In this document: piece after piece, positions 34,826 through 43,701 of the stretch
Numbering within the stretch: the stretch's first letter is position 1
Layout of the letters: the number at the start of each line of letters is the position of its first letter
Assembly (NCBI GenBank): GCA_019637855.1
Contig: JAHBUX010000002.1
Coordinates: 194,806-258,805, forward strand
Source of the DNA: Bdellovibrionales bacterium
GTDB taxonomy: Bacteria > Bdellovibrionota > Bdellovibrionia > Bdellovibrionales > UBA1609
DNA length: 64,000 nt
Reading direction: 5' to 3'
Made by a program: the position numbers and the translations under genes
Notes under the pieces: generated by a model
The model's input: the letters and a program-made list of their open reading frames with translations, nothing else
What the model was told of the DNA's origin: nothing
Databases searched by the model: none

Positions 34826-35710
34826 GTGGCTGATAAAGCACCCGTTATCGTCATTAAGAAGATCACGAATGCAGCAGCCGGGGGCCATGGTGGTTCCTGG
34901 AAAGTGGCATTCGCTGACTTTATGACCGCTCTAATGGCGTTCTTTCTCCTTATGTGGCTGCTGGCGCAAGCTCCCGAAACCAAGAAAGCGGTTTCCGACT
35001 ATTTCTCAACGCCTTCTGTAATCGAATACAATTTTTCCAACTATGGCGTTGAGCTGACTTTGGAAAAGCTGTTTTTGGATCTACTCAATGAGCCGCTCAA
35101 AGTGCTGCAAGACTTCATGCAGCCCATGGACTATACGCCCAACTTCTTGCAGATGGGTTCGAAGAATATCGTGATGTCCGCGCTGTCTGAGGACTTGGGC
35201 GGATATGCCGAAGGATTTGAAGTCAGCGGTGATACGATCGAAATGAAGTTTCCCGAGAGCAAGCTCTTCGAGGATGGTTCGGCCACGCCGCGCGCTCAGT
35301 TCGTGCAGATTATGGATAAACTATCCAAGTTCACTGCGGGTCTGGAGGATGCGAACATCTATGTGGATTCACGCATCTACTTGAACAGCGTGCGCGGTCA
35401 AAATGAGGGGCTCGCCCAGCGCACGGCTGAAAAGCGCCTGGATCTAGTGCTGGCTCAAGTGGATGGCAAGCTCGAGCATCAGAGTGTAAGCTTACATTCC
35501 AAGGTTGAAGTGAAGCCGGGAACCCGCCGTTCTGATGGCCGTCCCGAAGAAGGCTATATCCGCGTTCAGATCAAACAAAAGGAACTCTTGTCCGACGGCA
35601 CCAAGCCGCGCAAATTGGGCCAGGTTATGGGCAAGGACGATGAGTCGATGAACGTGTACAATAACTTTGTAAATAAGATGTCGACGGCTAAGCCTAAGAA
35701 GAAGCAATAG
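34826..35710 (+). CDS. motB: Flagellar stator protein MotB-like
   Basis: GTG start. The N-terminus (GGHGGSWKVAFADFMTALMAFFLLMWLL) contains the conserved Asp-bearing plug/TM region. The C-terminal OmpA-like region is divergent. Confidence 0.8.
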   Translation: MADKAPVIVIKKITNAAAGGHGGSWKVAFADFMTALMAFFLLMWLLAQAPETKKAVSDYFSTPSVIEYNFSNYGVELTLEKLFLDLLNEPLKVLQDFMQPMDYTPNFLQMGSKNIVMSALSEDLGGYAEGFEVSGDTIEMKFPESKLFEDGSATPRAQFVQIMDKLSKFTAGLEDANIYVDSRIYLNSVRGQNEGLAQRTAEKRLDLVLAQVDGKLEHQSVSLHSKVEVKPGTRRSDGRPEEGYIRVQIKQKELLSDGTKPRKLGQVMGKDDESMNVYNNFVNKMSTAKPKKKQ

Positions 35711-35766
35711 GGATTGTCCGATTTTCGCTTGTAAAGCGGCGGACTTTTCCCTTACATTCCTGCCAC

Positions 35767-36618
35767 GTGGAAATCCTAAAAAACTCGTGGTTCGATACCA
35801 CTTTAATCGCCATTGATTTAGAGACGACCGGTAAGTATCCGCTGGATGCCGAGATTTGCGAAATGGCCGCAGTCAAATGGCGGGGCGGGCAGGTGGTCGA
35901 GACCTTTCAATCCCTGATCAAGCCGACATTGCGCATGTCGGAAGAAGTGATCGCCATTCACAACATCACCAATGAGATGTGCGAGACCGCGCCGGTGTTG
36001 AGTGAGAAACTAGCTGATTTTCACCGCTTTATCTCCGATGGAGTTTTGATTGCGCACCATGCGCCTTTCGATTTGGGATTTTTGGCTTGGGAATTTGAAA
36101 AAGCGTCGATGCAGCTTCCGTCGAACCCGGTGTTCTGCACCAGTTTGCTGAGCCGGGCGATCAATTTCAATGTGCCCAATCATCGCTTGGCCACATTGGC
36201 CCAACATTTCAATATCGAAGCCGGAGCCGCTCATCGCGCACTTGATGATGCAAAGACTTGCCTGGGGGTGGCGCTGGCTTATTTTGAGAAGCTGGGCCGC
36301 GAGGCCAAGATCAGCGATATCCAGGGCGTGCAGATGACCGCACTTCCGTGGCTGCGTTTTTCGATTGAGGCTTTGACTGAGCGCGAGCACTTTCGCACGC
36401 TCGTGCGAGCGCTACGCGATCGTCGCGAAGTGATTATTGTGTATGAGGGTGGTTCGCGCCCTGGTGAGCCGCGCAAAGTGTTTCCTCAGGGTTTGGTGCG
36501 CAATCCGGAAGCCGATTTCTTAGTGGCGACCGAAGGCAATAACGAAGGCGACGACGTTTTGCCGAAGCGTTATTTCCTCGATAAGATCTCAGGCGTGCAA
36601 TTTGCTCCGGGATATTAG
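35767..36618 (+). CDS. DnaQ-like DEDDh 3'-5' exonuclease with extra C-terminal (WYL-like?) domain
   Basis: ExoI (IAIDLETTG), ExoII (LIAHHAPFDLGFL), ExoIII (HRALDDAKTC). About 90 extra residues (REVIIVYEGGSRPGEPRKVFPQGLV...KRYFLDKISGV). Confidence 0.8.
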   Translation: MEILKNSWFDTTLIAIDLETTGKYPLDAEICEMAAVKWRGGQVVETFQSLIKPTLRMSEEVIAIHNITNEMCETAPVLSEKLADFHRFISDGVLIAHHAPFDLGFLAWEFEKASMQLPSNPVFCTSLLSRAINFNVPNHRLATLAQHFNIEAGAAHRALDDAKTCLGVALAYFEKLGREAKISDIQGVQMTALPWLRFSIEALTEREHFRTLVRALRDRREVIIVYEGGSRPGEPRKVFPQGLVRNPEADFLVATEGNNEGDDVLPKRYFLDKISGVQFAPGY

Positions 36619-37559
36619 CCGTTGCTGACGGCGGCGGATTTTCGCTCTTTCGCCTCTTTCATCTCAAGCACAGCGGCTGCGAGTAGTGGACGCAGACTCT
36701 CCGCCAGCTCTTCCAGCTCTTTGAATTCATCGCCTTTTCTCACGCGAAACGGCCGATCTTTGCCCTTCATCATATCGCGCAGCCAATGCTCGAACGCGTA
36801 AATGGGACCGGCGGTGCGGTGAGAAAGAATGCGCCCCAGTACGAATAGCGTGAGCATAAAGCCCACCGAGATCGTCAGGTAGGTGTAAATGAACGGCACG
36901 AGAAAGCGCCGCTCCATCATCTTGGCCGGGCCCACCACAAGGTCATCGATCGTGATCTTTAAGAAGGTGAAGGCAAACACGCCGGCTACGACGGCAAAGC
37001 AAGTGCCGATGGCTACGATGGTGAGGCTGTATTTCAGTTGATAGCGCGGATTCACCCAAACTGTCTTGCGTACATTGGAGTCGGGCCAGAAAAGGCTGCC
37101 ATCGCGCACCAAACCATACACCACTAGGCCGTAACCGACCCATTGAATCGCATCGGCGAAGTTGAAAGCCGGCGAAGACAGTTGGCGCGAGCCGAGCAAG
37201 AGGAAGTCCGTCACGGCGCCACTCACGATACGGTCTGTGACGTTGCCTAAAATCCCGCCTAGCAAAAGCGACATGCCGGCGCGCAGTTGCAAGGAGCGCG
37301 ACGGAAGCAGGTACTGAATGGCGGCATAGATAAAAATCAAGAAGGCCCCACCGGTGCTTAAGGACACCACGCGCAGAATGGGAGGCAGATCTGCGAATGT
37401 TCCCAAGATGGCGCCGGGATTGTGGTGCAATACGAAGCCGAATGGGCCGTAAAACACCAGGTCGGTGAGATAGTGATTGGCCCAATACTTAGTCAGTTGA
37501 TCGATCAACCAGACGGACGGAACTAAACTTATGACTAGGAGCCAATCGCGCTTCTTCAT
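36615..37559 (-). CDS. lspA: Lipoprotein signal peptidase II (LspA) fused to a 2-TM + HAMP-like C-terminal module
   Basis: LspA motifs: DQLTKYW, LGNVTDRIV, AFNFADAIQWVG (both catalytic Asp contexts). Two more TM helices follow, then SHRTAGPIYAFEHWLRDMMKGKDRPFRVRKGDEFKELEELAESL. 314 aa, against about 165 for a typical LspA. Confidence 0.8.
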   Translation of the reverse strand: MKKRDWLLVISLVPSVWLIDQLTKYWANHYLTDLVFYGPFGFVLHHNPGAILGTFADLPPILRVVSLSTGGAFLIFIYAAIQYLLPSRSLQLRAGMSLLLGGILGNVTDRIVSGAVTDFLLLGSRQLSSPAFNFADAIQWVGYGLVVYGLVRDGSLFWPDSNVRKTVWVNPRYQLKYSLTIVAIGTCFAVVAGVFAFTFLKITIDDLVVGPAKMMERRFLVPFIYTYLTISVGFMLTLFVLGRILSHRTAGPIYAFEHWLRDMMKGKDRPFRVRKGDEFKELEELAESLRPLLAAAVLEMKEAKERKSAAVSNG

Positions 37560-37601
37560 GACTCTAGCCTATCGGTGCGAAAGCGCTATGCCTAGAGTCC
37601 A

Positions 37602-38519
37602 TCACGAGATTTTCGCGGCCACCGTGATCTGGTTGCGGCCCTGACGTTTGGCCTGGTAGAGCGCGCGATCGGCCGCCTCGATCAGTTCGCCGGCGTGAGT
37701 GGCGTGTTCGGGAAACATGGCCAATCCCGCGCTCAGAGTGATGTAGGCCGCGCTGGACGAGAGTCCGGCAAACGGCGTGCGTTCAAAGTGTGAGCGGATG
37801 CGTTCGGCCAACTGCACGGCGCCGGCTTTGGTAAAGCCCGGTAAGATCATGGTGAACTCTTCGCCACCATAGCGCGACACATAGCCATTGCCGGCCGCAA
37901 AGGTCTCCAGCTGCTTGGCGACGGAGAACAGCAGGCGATCGCCTTCGGGATGGCCGAAGCGATCGTTGAAGGCTTTAAAATGATCGACGTCAAAGATCAA
38001 TAAAGCCACGCTCTCTTTGTTGGTGTGCATCTCGCGGCGCAACTGATCTTGGAAAAAACGGTGATTGGTCACTTGCGTGACCGGATCAGTGACTGAGAGA
38101 TGCTCGTAGTGAGCTTTCTCGCGTAAGGTGCGATGCAGTTGCAGCGCCTCCATCATTTGCACGGTCAGATACTCATTCTCCCAAGGTTTCAGGAAAAACT
38201 TGTGAATGTCATGATTGTTGATGGCGTCACTGACCTGTTGCAGATCAATCTGACCCGATAAAATGGCGCGTGAAGTGAGTGGATAGATCTGACGTACTTC
38301 ACGCAGGAACTCGACGCCGTTCATTTCGGGCATGCGGAAATCGCTCAACACGACGGCACAATCGCTATGCTCTTTGAGCAGGGTGAAACCGTCGGCCGCC
38401 GAGGTGCAGGTCAGGACTTGAAACTGCGTTTTGAACAAGCGCTCGAGAGATTGCAGAATGCTCGCTTCGTCATCCACACAGAGGATCTTGGGTCGTGCTT
38501 GCGCTTCCGTGGCAGTCAT
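37602..38519 (-). CDS. Response regulator with GGDEF diguanylate cyclase domain (REC-GGDEF)
   Basis: REC domain (KILCVDDEASILQSL, VVLSDFRMPEMNG, KPW). GGDEF domain with an intact RYGGEEF active site. No RxxD I-site seen just upstream. Confidence 0.9.
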   Translation of the reverse strand: MTATEAQARPKILCVDDEASILQSLERLFKTQFQVLTCTSAADGFTLLKEHSDCAVVLSDFRMPEMNGVEFLREVRQIYPLTSRAILSGQIDLQQVSDAINNHDIHKFFLKPWENEYLTVQMMEALQLHRTLREKAHYEHLSVTDPVTQVTNHRFFQDQLRREMHTNKESVALLIFDVDHFKAFNDRFGHPEGDRLLFSVAKQLETFAAGNGYVSRYGGEEFTMILPGFTKAGAVQLAERIRSHFERTPFAGLSSSAAYITLSAGLAMFPEHATHAGELIEAADRALYQAKRQGRNQITVAAKIS

Positions 38520-38522
38520 TCC

Positions 38523-40007
38523 CTAGTGCTCCCTTTTTTCTACCTTCACCAGAGGTGAAAAATCTGACGCCAGAGAAGGCTTAAAGCCGAGAACTCCGTC
38601 TCGTACCACGGCCACCTGTTCGTCATACCACAAGGGTATTATGGCTAAGTCGTCATGCACAATCTTTTGTGCGCGCAAAAACAGCTCTCGACGTTTTTGC
38701 GCGTTTTCCTCCGCCCCGGCTTGGTCCAGGAGAGCGTCTAGACGGAGGTTAACATAGGAACCGCGGTTGCGCCCCGGCGGCTGTTCGCGCGAGTGAAAGG
38801 CCATGCGATAGATATCCGGATCTACGGTCCCCACCCAGCGCATTGTGGCCAGCTGAAAAGCTCCGCGCCGAACGTCGCCGTAGAATGTTCCCCACTCAAA
38901 ACTTTGCAAGTCGATGTTCAACCCGCTTTCACTGAGCTGGTTGGCCAGCACCTTGCCGTTGTCGATCGCTTGCGGGGTGTTTGACGTCTTTAGGGTGAGC
39001 GCCCGACCTTTGAATCCGGAACCTTCAATGAGTTTCGCGGCTTTGCCAAGATCTGTTGGCAGATTTTTGAGCTCTGCATTGAAGTACGGATTGTTGGGCG
39101 TGAGAATGGAGGTGGCGGTTGCCGCCAAGCCATTGAGTTTGTATTTGATGATGTCTTCGCGGCGAAGCGCGAGAGCGAGGGCCTGGCGCACACTAAAATG
39201 CGCTAGCATCGGATCACGCAAATTCAACAGCAGATAAGTCATGGTCAGGCCGGGATAGCGGAAAACTTGAAACTCATCGGGGCGTTTTTCAAACTCGGCG
39301 ACTTTCTCTGTGGGCAGGTCGGCTTGCACAAGGTCGATCTCGCCCTTCAGCAGCTTTTGAAAGCGCGTGAAGTCGTCGCGAATGATTTTGAACGTAAGGT
39401 ACTTTACGCCGGCCCGCACGCCGGCCAAGCGGATCTCGTTAAGATCGGTCTTTACAAACTTAAAAGGTCCGGTGCCGATAAGGCGTTGAGAAAAATCGTT
39501 TCCTAAAGCCTCAATCTCGCGTTTAGGCAGAATTCTCACGCTCGGCAGATCGGCGATAAGAAATTTGTCGGCGGCGTTGGCCAGCTTAAGTCTTACGACC
39601 AGGCGATCGTTCTCCTGTGTGACTTTCACATCTTTAATAATTTTAAGAGCTGAGGCGGCGGGACTCTTATCACTCATAAAGTGCGCAAAAGAGAATTGCA
39701 CATCCTCGCTCGCGACCGGCCGTCCATTGTGAAACTGAAGATCGGGGCGTAGGTAAAAAGTGTAGGTGCGGTCTTTGCGTTCCCAGCGTTCGGCTGCTTC
39801 GGCTTCCGGTTGAAAGCCGGGGCCCACATGCACCAGGGATTCAAAGATCAGTCCACCTATGCGGGTGCCATTGGCGTCAGTTGCATACCGTGGATCGAGA
39901 GTGGCAGGTGCTGCGCCAAGCCCCACCACCAATGTGTCGATTGGAGGTTTGTAGCCTCCGGTGCAGCCAAGCAAGCCTAGACAAGAGATGAAAAACAGCC
40001 GCAGCAA
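38523..40007 (-). CDS. Family-5 (peptide/nickel type) ABC substrate-binding lipoprotein, orphan
   Basis: Lipobox (LGLLGC). RTYTFYLRPDLQFHNGRPVASEDV and the overall pattern fit SBP_bac_5. No permease or ATPase genes are adjacent. Confidence 0.8.
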   Translation of the reverse strand: MLRLFFISCLGLLGCTGGYKPPIDTLVVGLGAAPATLDPRYATDANGTRIGGLIFESLVHVGPGFQPEAEAAERWERKDRTYTFYLRPDLQFHNGRPVASEDVQFSFAHFMSDKSPAASALKIIKDVKVTQENDRLVVRLKLANAADKFLIADLPSVRILPKREIEALGNDFSQRLIGTGPFKFVKTDLNEIRLAGVRAGVKYLTFKIIRDDFTRFQKLLKGEIDLVQADLPTEKVAEFEKRPDEFQVFRYPGLTMTYLLLNLRDPMLAHFSVRQALALALRREDIIKYKLNGLAATATSILTPNNPYFNAELKNLPTDLGKAAKLIEGSGFKGRALTLKTSNTPQAIDNGKVLANQLSESGLNIDLQSFEWGTFYGDVRRGAFQLATMRWVGTVDPDIYRMAFHSREQPPGRNRGSYVNLRLDALLDQAGAEENAQKRRELFLRAQKIVHDDLAIIPLWYDEQVAVVRDGVLGFKPSLASDFSPLVKVEKREH

Positions 40008-40082
40008 TGAGTCTCCTTGGGCTTTAGATTTATCTTCATGCTATACTCGATCATTCGCGAACACAATTGGGGGAGGTTAAGG

Positions 40083-41465
40083 ATGAGTTTCCTTCTGGCG
40101 CTGATCGTAGGATTAGGTTCGGCCCGCGCCGATGAGTTGCCCGCGCGACTCGCAAAGATCGTGAAAGGATCTTCACTGCCGGCCTCGTCCTTGGGGATTG
40201 CGGTTTTTGATCTGGCTCAAATATCACCCGCTCTCACTTATGGTTTGAATGAGCAGCAGGATATGATTCCCGCCTCCACCACCAAGATCGCAACCGCAGT
40301 CGCGGTGCTGGATCAGTTGGGCCCGCATTTTAAGTTTCAAACCACACTGTGGTCTTCGGGCGCTGTTAAGAACGGCGTTCTACAGGGTGATTTGATTCTG
40401 AAAGGCGGCGGTGACGCCGGTTTTGTTTCGGAAACCATGTGGTTTTTGGTGAATGACTTTTTGCGCTCGGGAATTAAGAAGATTGAAGGCAGCATCGTGG
40501 TCGATGATACGGATTTCGATACGATTCGCAATGACCCCAGCCGCGATCCCGAGCGTGTTGATCGCGCCTATGATGCCCCGGTGGGAGCAATGTCCTTTAA
40601 CTGGAACTCGCTCAATATCTATATTCGCCCGACCCAGGTGGGAGAGGCGCCTTCGGTTTACCTGGACCCGATCGCCAGCGGATTTAAAGTCGACAATAAA
40701 GCCAAGACGGTAAATAAGAGCGCCAACAACTTGGTGGTGTCGCGCGTGGGTGATCGTATCGTTGTGCGTGGCACGATTGGGTTGAGCCACCCTGAGATCG
40801 CGGTGTACAAAAATATCGACGATCCCGCACAATGGGCGGGAGAAAACCTGGCGGCCTTCCTCGCGCAGCGTGGTATCGAAATTAAAGGCAAAGTCAAAAT
40901 GGGTAAAAAACCCGAGGTAGCCAAGCTTTTGGCCAAAGCCGAGTCGAAGCCGGTCTCTTTGCATGTCAGCGATATGATGAAGTTCTCGAATAACTACGTG
41001 GCCGAAATGTTGACCAAGAACATTGCCGCGCAGAAAGGGACCACTCCTGCCAGCCTTGATGAGGGCATGAAGCTGGTGCGGGGGGAGTTGGAAAGCATGG
41101 GTATTGACGGCAAACGCTTTGTGCTGCTGAACCCTTCCGGATTAAGTCGTCGCAATCGCATCAAGGCCATGGACTTGGCCCAAATCCTAGTTCAGGCCAG
41201 TAAGAAGTTCCCGTGGTTCGCCGAGTTTCTGTCCTCCATGCCTTTGGCCGGTCAAGATGGCACGCTCAAGCGCCGAATGAAAGACAATGAGGGTTGGGTG
41301 CGGGCCAAGACAGGAAATTTGAACGGCGTCATCGGTTTAGCCGGTTACGCTGGACGCAAGGACGGTTCGATTCGGGCCTTTGCGTTTATATTCAATGGCA
41401 AGGGTGAGCAGGGGGAAACAGCTCGGCATCTGTTTGACGCCCTCGCCACCGAGCTGGTGCAATAG
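40083..41465 (+). CDS. dacB: D-alanyl-D-alanine carboxypeptidase/endopeptidase, PBP4 (S13) family
   Basis: GGGGGAGG RBS before the ATG at 40083. Signal peptide. SxxK (IPASTTKIAT), SxN (FSNNYVAEM) and KTG (AKTGNLNG) motifs. Confidence 0.85.
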   Translation: MSFLLALIVGLGSARADELPARLAKIVKGSSLPASSLGIAVFDLAQISPALTYGLNEQQDMIPASTTKIATAVAVLDQLGPHFKFQTTLWSSGAVKNGVLQGDLILKGGGDAGFVSETMWFLVNDFLRSGIKKIEGSIVVDDTDFDTIRNDPSRDPERVDRAYDAPVGAMSFNWNSLNIYIRPTQVGEAPSVYLDPIASGFKVDNKAKTVNKSANNLVVSRVGDRIVVRGTIGLSHPEIAVYKNIDDPAQWAGENLAAFLAQRGIEIKGKVKMGKKPEVAKLLAKAESKPVSLHVSDMMKFSNNYVAEMLTKNIAAQKGTTPASLDEGMKLVRGELESMGIDGKRFVLLNPSGLSRRNRIKAMDLAQILVQASKKFPWFAEFLSSMPLAGQDGTLKRRMKDNEGWVRAKTGNLNGVIGLAGYAGRKDGSIRAFAFIFNGKGEQGETARHLFDALATELVQ

Positions 41466-41469
41466 GATT

Positions 41470-42807
41470 ATGAAAAGAAATTTGTATCAATGGGCCATTG
41501 TGGTTCTGCTCCTATGTGGCACTGGTTTCGCCGTTGCGAAAGCGGTCGATGTTGCCGAAGGCGAAGGCACGCTGGAATCTTCAGAAGAAACAAGCGATAC
41601 GCCGGTGAGCGAAGAGGTAATGCCGGCCGAAACAGGGCCTGCACCTGTCGCAACGCCATTGAATCCCAAGTGGAGCGCTACGGATTTCGCCAAGCAGGAG
41701 CAGGCTCTAGGGTGGACGCCTGCGGCCTTCGAAGTTCCGGCGGGCATGGAAGAGCGTGTGCAGTTTTGGAAGGACATATACACCAAATACTCTTCTGAGC
41801 AGGGTGTTCTTCACGACAGCAAGTACGTACACCTAATGTATGACAACCTGGATTTCAGCGACATCACCGCGCGCCAGGATCTTACGCATCGGCAAAAAGA
41901 AAAGGCCCGCCGCAATCGCGTCGACGAGAAGAAAAAAGAAGTTATGGCTCGCATGAAACGTTTGAGCGAGTTGAAGAGCGGCGAGGGTCTTGAGGGCGAA
42001 GACGCGCGCTACTGGGAGATGTTCGCTAAAGTCGATGAGCCGAAGAAATTCGCTGAAGCGGCAAAAAAAGGACGTTTGCGTTTTCAATTGGGCCAGCGTG
42101 ATATTTTCATGCGCGGCATTTACCAGTCGGGCCGTTACCTGCGGCAGATGGAAGAGATTTTTCGTGCGGAAGGCCTGCCGATCGAGTTAACTCGTCTGCC
42201 GTTCGTGGAAAGTTCGTTCAACCTTAAAGCTCGCTCACGCGTGGGTGCGAGCGGCATTTGGCAGTTTATGCGTTCGACTGCGCGTTTATACATGCGGATG
42301 GATGGCAGTGCGGATGAGCGCAACGATCCTTTGCGGGCCACCCGCGCCGCCGCCAAAAAGCTGCGCGATAATTACACGATGTTGAAGAGTTGGCCGCTCG
42401 CGGTGACGGCCTACAATCACGGGCCTGCTGGGGTTAGGCGTTTGACTGAGAGTATGGGCACTACGGACATTGTGGAGTTGATCGATGTGCGCAAAGGCCG
42501 GTTTAAATTCGCCTCAGCCAGTTTCTTTGCCAGCTTCCTCGCCGCGCTCGATGTGGAGCGCAATGCGGACAAAAACTTCGGTGTGCTGGAAGTGATGCCT
42601 GAGTTGCGCGGAGCGGAGATTCCGTTAGTTAAGAATCAAAACAGCAAAGACTTTATGAAGTGGTTCAATAACGACGTGGAGATGGCCAAAACTCTGAATC
42701 CGCATGTGGCGGACAGTGTGTGGAAGGGGCGTGCGCCGTTGAGCCGCAAGCACATCTTGCGTGTTCCGTTGATGCAAGAGCAGCAAGCCCGCGGCGAGAT
42801 GCAATAG
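41470..42807 (+). CDS. Soluble lytic transglycosylase (SLT domain) family protein, secreted
   Basis: The internal ATG gives a signal peptide (MKRNLYQWAIVVLLLCGTGFAVAKA). Catalytic region (LPFVESSFNLKARSRVGASGIWQFMRSTARLY, TAYNHGPAGV). No LysM repeats seen. Confidence 0.85.
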   Translation: MKRNLYQWAIVVLLLCGTGFAVAKAVDVAEGEGTLESSEETSDTPVSEEVMPAETGPAPVATPLNPKWSATDFAKQEQALGWTPAAFEVPAGMEERVQFWKDIYTKYSSEQGVLHDSKYVHLMYDNLDFSDITARQDLTHRQKEKARRNRVDEKKKEVMARMKRLSELKSGEGLEGEDARYWEMFAKVDEPKKFAEAAKKGRLRFQLGQRDIFMRGIYQSGRYLRQMEEIFRAEGLPIELTRLPFVESSFNLKARSRVGASGIWQFMRSTARLYMRMDGSADERNDPLRATRAAAKKLRDNYTMLKSWPLAVTAYNHGPAGVRRLTESMGTTDIVELIDVRKGRFKFASASFFASFLAALDVERNADKNFGVLEVMPELRGAEIPLVKNQNSKDFMKWFNNDVEMAKTLNPHVADSVWKGRAPLSRKHILRVPLMQEQQARGEMQ

Positions 42808-43701
42808 CTAGCGGCGAAAGAGCTCGCTCTCGGTGGGCTTCACTGAAAATTCGAAATCAGATTTATCGGAGTCCACGCGCTGAGGCGCACGGGCATTGAC
42901 CTCGAAGCGGTAGGCCCCCGGTGGGAGTTTGCCGACATTCCAAGAGCCCGTCGAAGTGGCGGCCTCTTTCATCGGTTTAAAGTCTTTTTCATCCAGGAAG
43001 CGAAACAGCAGTCGGTTTTTGAACTCTTTGGCGTCGGCGTGGGCCGTCCACTCGAGCACATGCTCATCATTCACTTTGCCTATCTTGATGTCGCTGGGCT
43101 TGATCAGTTTGGGGCCGATCATGGTGAAGTGAAACACCGGCGGTGTTTGCGCATAGCTGATGTCATTGCTGGTTTCGAAGTTCACTTGCCAGTGATAATC
43201 ACGACCGGTTTTTACCGCCAGCACCTTACTGGTGCTTTGGGTTTTGAACGTAAATGGCTTATCGGCGGCGTCATTGGTCCAAATGGTGATGGTGTATTCT
43301 TTGACCTTCTCGATCGGCGTCCAGCTGAGCGTCACATTGTCAGAAAGTTTGTTTTTGGCTTCGATCACCGCGTTGTCGGCGGGCGAGATCGGCTTCATTT
43401 CTTTGACCAGCACTTCCAGGGGAATTGGATCGCTCCATTTGCTGAACGACTCATCTTCCTTCGAGCGCGAGCGAATACGCAGCTGATAGAGGCCGACGGG
43501 CACTTGTTCGCTCAATTTGGCTTCGGGAGTGGTGTAGTAGAGCGGTTGGCCGGCGGACCCATTGTCGATAGGTGTAAGTTTGATCACGTAGGCGGATGCG
43601 TTGGGCACTTCTTCCCACTCGAGCTCAATGGTCTTCTGCACCGGTTGAGCGTGAGCGGAAAGAGCCGAGCAAAAGAAAAGCGCACTAATCCATGGCCGCA
43701 T
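42808..43701 (-). CDS. Secreted protein with three FN3/Ig-like repeats (tentative)
   Basis: Signal peptide (ISALFFCSALSAHA). Three roughly 90-aa modules each carry an L-x-W-x(4-7)-A/V-x-x-Y/F pattern (LEWEEVPNASAYVIKL, LSWTPIEKVKEYTITI, LEWTAHADAKEFKNRL). Confidence 0.6.
   Translation of the reverse strand: MRPWISALFFCSALSAHAQPVQKTIELEWEEVPNASAYVIKLTPIDNGSAGQPLYYTTPEAKLSEQVPVGLYQLRIRSRSKEDESFSKWSDPIPLEVLVKEMKPISPADNAVIEAKNKLSDNVTLSWTPIEKVKEYTITIWTNDAADKPFTFKTQSTSKVLAVKTGRDYHWQVNFETSNDISYAQTPPVFHFTMIGPKLIKPSDIKIGKVNDEHVLEWTAHADAKEFKNRLLFRFLDEKDFKPMKEAATSTGSWNVGKLPPGAYRFEVNARAPQRVDSDKSDFEFSVKPTESELFRR

Noticed and set aside
33962-36618. MotA/MotB homologs followed by a nuclease-family gene, considered as a Zorya-like defence system
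   Set aside because: MotA (286 aa) and MotB (294 aa) have normal flagellar stator sizes, without the long ZorA C-terminal tail. A FliA-like motif precedes motA. The downstream gene is a DnaQ-type exonuclease with its own start after a 56-nt gap. No ZorC/ZorD-like helicase or nuclease is present.
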